DNA from: Hemiscyllium ocellatum
Lineage: Eukaryota
DNA: 64,000 nt
Direction of reading: 5' to 3'
Assembly: GCF_020745735.1 (NCBI RefSeq)
Contig: NC_083419.1
Span: 37,718,085 to 37,782,084 of the forward strand
Made by a program: the position numbers and the translations under genes. The stretch's first letter is position 1, and every line of letters starts with the position of its first letter. Positions 62,294 through 64,000 of the stretch are shown here, piece after piece. The notes beneath the pieces were generated by a model. It saw nothing but the letters and a program-made list of their open reading frames with translations. It had not been told where the DNA came from and did no database searches.

Positions 62294-62988
62294 AAAACAA
62301 ACAAAATTTAGTTTTCGAATTTTATATTTCATGTCAGTAAATAATACAACCTATTGGAGGAAAATGTCCACTATAAGCTCACACCTGAAATAACAAGAGG
62401 ACTTCTAGTCGCTGGTCTACGGAAGGTGTCAAGAGTTCAGCAATGTTCATGTTGAAACTTAGTAACCCTAACGGACGCCAGGATTAAGGATCGGGAGGGT
62501 GACAGAGACATTCGGCTGTAGTGCAGCCATTCGTGAAAATCCGAATGACCATCTCTTTCCCTGTTTGATCCACGACGCGAGTGTACTTGTTCTTCCAAAA
62601 AATAATTACACACACTTGTAACATTTAGATTCATTGTCACCTTAATTATACAATTAAGCCCTGTACGATGTCAAACTCTTACAAAGCGCAAAATTCTCCA
62701 ATTTACTTTCCATTAACTCGACTCTGAATGAATTGTAGACAGGGACAGGAAATTGTTTGAACGATCAGAAACTCACCTGCCGATAATGGGGTTATAAATA
62801 AGAAACTCCTATCCAAAATGTCAGCGACGCACCCACTTCCACCTTCCCTATTGTCATTAAAAATCTTGAAGCAATGCCAAACTGGACATGGTCGATACTG
62901 GCACAGAAGCAATATCTCGCCTTAATAAAGCACCTTGCTGCAAGAGCGCGGACACTGAAGGTCGGTCGCCCCCACCAGATCTGAAACT

Positions 62989-63208
62989 ATGATTCACATC
63001 TTGTCCTTGCTGATGTTCTTTCCTATTTTCCAGAAATCAGCTTCTCGGTGTTCGCCTACAGTATTTTATAGAAACTGCTGGATACATCGTCTTCCTGGGG
63101 TACTTATAGACGTGCCTCTGTCCAGGAGCAGAGGCGCCCATTTGATCAATGATTACAATGCGAAGACAGCTTGGCAGTGCGTCAGGACTTGCTGTCTAAG
63201 ACAGAATG
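62989..63208 (+). CDS. MANSC4: MANSC domain-containing protein 4, first coding exon (gene continues beyond this exon)
   Basis: Signal peptide followed by CSPTVFYRNCWIHRLPG...GA...QCVRTCCLRQN, matching recalled MANSC4 (CSPTIFYRDCWIRRFPG...CSRSCCLR); donor GTGAGT at 63209; head-to-head with KLHL42 as in human. Confidence 0.9.
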
Positions 63209-64000
63209 GTGAGTTTCACAGTCTCCAATCTGCCCTCAGAGCGGCAGGCGGTCGGAATTTGCAGTAAATTACACCAGGATAATTTTTCACGATTAATTAA
63301 TTACCCAAATTCAATTTAACTATATTCACCATGAATAACACAATTGTTACTTGTCGTCTGTAATCACTCAGCGTGCATTGGAGGCAAATGACTGAAGTGG
63401 GGATACAGAAAAAAAATCGAATCATTTTCGAGATAAGCCGGTTATTATTAAGGTCTCAAATGACTAACCCGCTGACATAAAAAAAACAGATCACAACCGA
63501 CGATTAATATTGCCCTCCCAAACGATTTTTCGCCGCTCAATCAAAACAACGCCCCAGCTGTAAACATTTTAATTGCAGGAGGTTTAATTTTTTTTTAAGC
63601 AAACCGTTTCGATTCCACATTTAAGGATTCCTAAAGCTCATATAAAACGAGGCTGGAATTTGCATTGAAAAGCAGATTTGACTAAAAGAATTAAGAGCAT
63701 TGTTGATCGATAAAACTGACATTTTGACTGAAGCTTAAATTTCATGAAGCTGAACCTTGTTCCCATTCAATACAATGATGGTTGTGTTCCTGCAGTCCAG
63801 CCCAACCCAGGTGTTGCTACGACCTTCCTGCTGCACGCTAGATGCCACTCTACATGCTTTCATTCAACTAGTAACAATAACTGTGCTGCTTATTGCTTCT
63901 GCACAACATGATCCTGAAGCTCGTATGTACTTTTATTCCTCCTCTGCAGATATGCACCGCTCGTTCTGCATTCTCCAATTCAGATAATGTAGTCTTCTGC

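Noticed and set aside
63209-63267. C-terminal part of the 92-aa ORF
   Set aside because: Lies after a GTGAGT donor; intronic to MANSC4.
1-64000. CRISPR arrays, rRNA or prokaryotic systems
   Set aside because: Spliced vertebrate genes and vertebrate retroelements throughout; no regularly spaced repeat arrays.

Overview
Vertebrate genomic DNA, almost certainly from a shark or other cartilaginous fish: it carries HE1/V-SINE and HER1-like CR1 repeats and shark-type Penelope-derived foldbacks. The window covers the conserved PTHLH-KLHL42-MANSC4 syntenic block. PTHLH (+) has coding exons 8316-8422 and 9135-9621 (197 aa) and a conserved 3'UTR exon from 13130. KLHL42 (-) has three coding exons, 52486-51726, 38664-38471 and 34132-33687 (466 aa). 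The first coding exon of MANSC4 (+) is 62989-63208. Between the convergent PTHLH and KLHL42 genes lies an intronless class A GPCR (26167-27168) with altered GN, DRY and NPxxY motifs and an out-of-frame N-terminus-like upstream ORF; I recall no gene at this position in human. Most of the remainder is decayed CR1/L2 LINEs, several tRNA-derived SINE families, a Tigger-like MITE and Penelope-like fragments that carry minimal hammerhead ribozyme cores. Homology calls come from recalled sequences, not database searches, and repeat boundaries are approximate.
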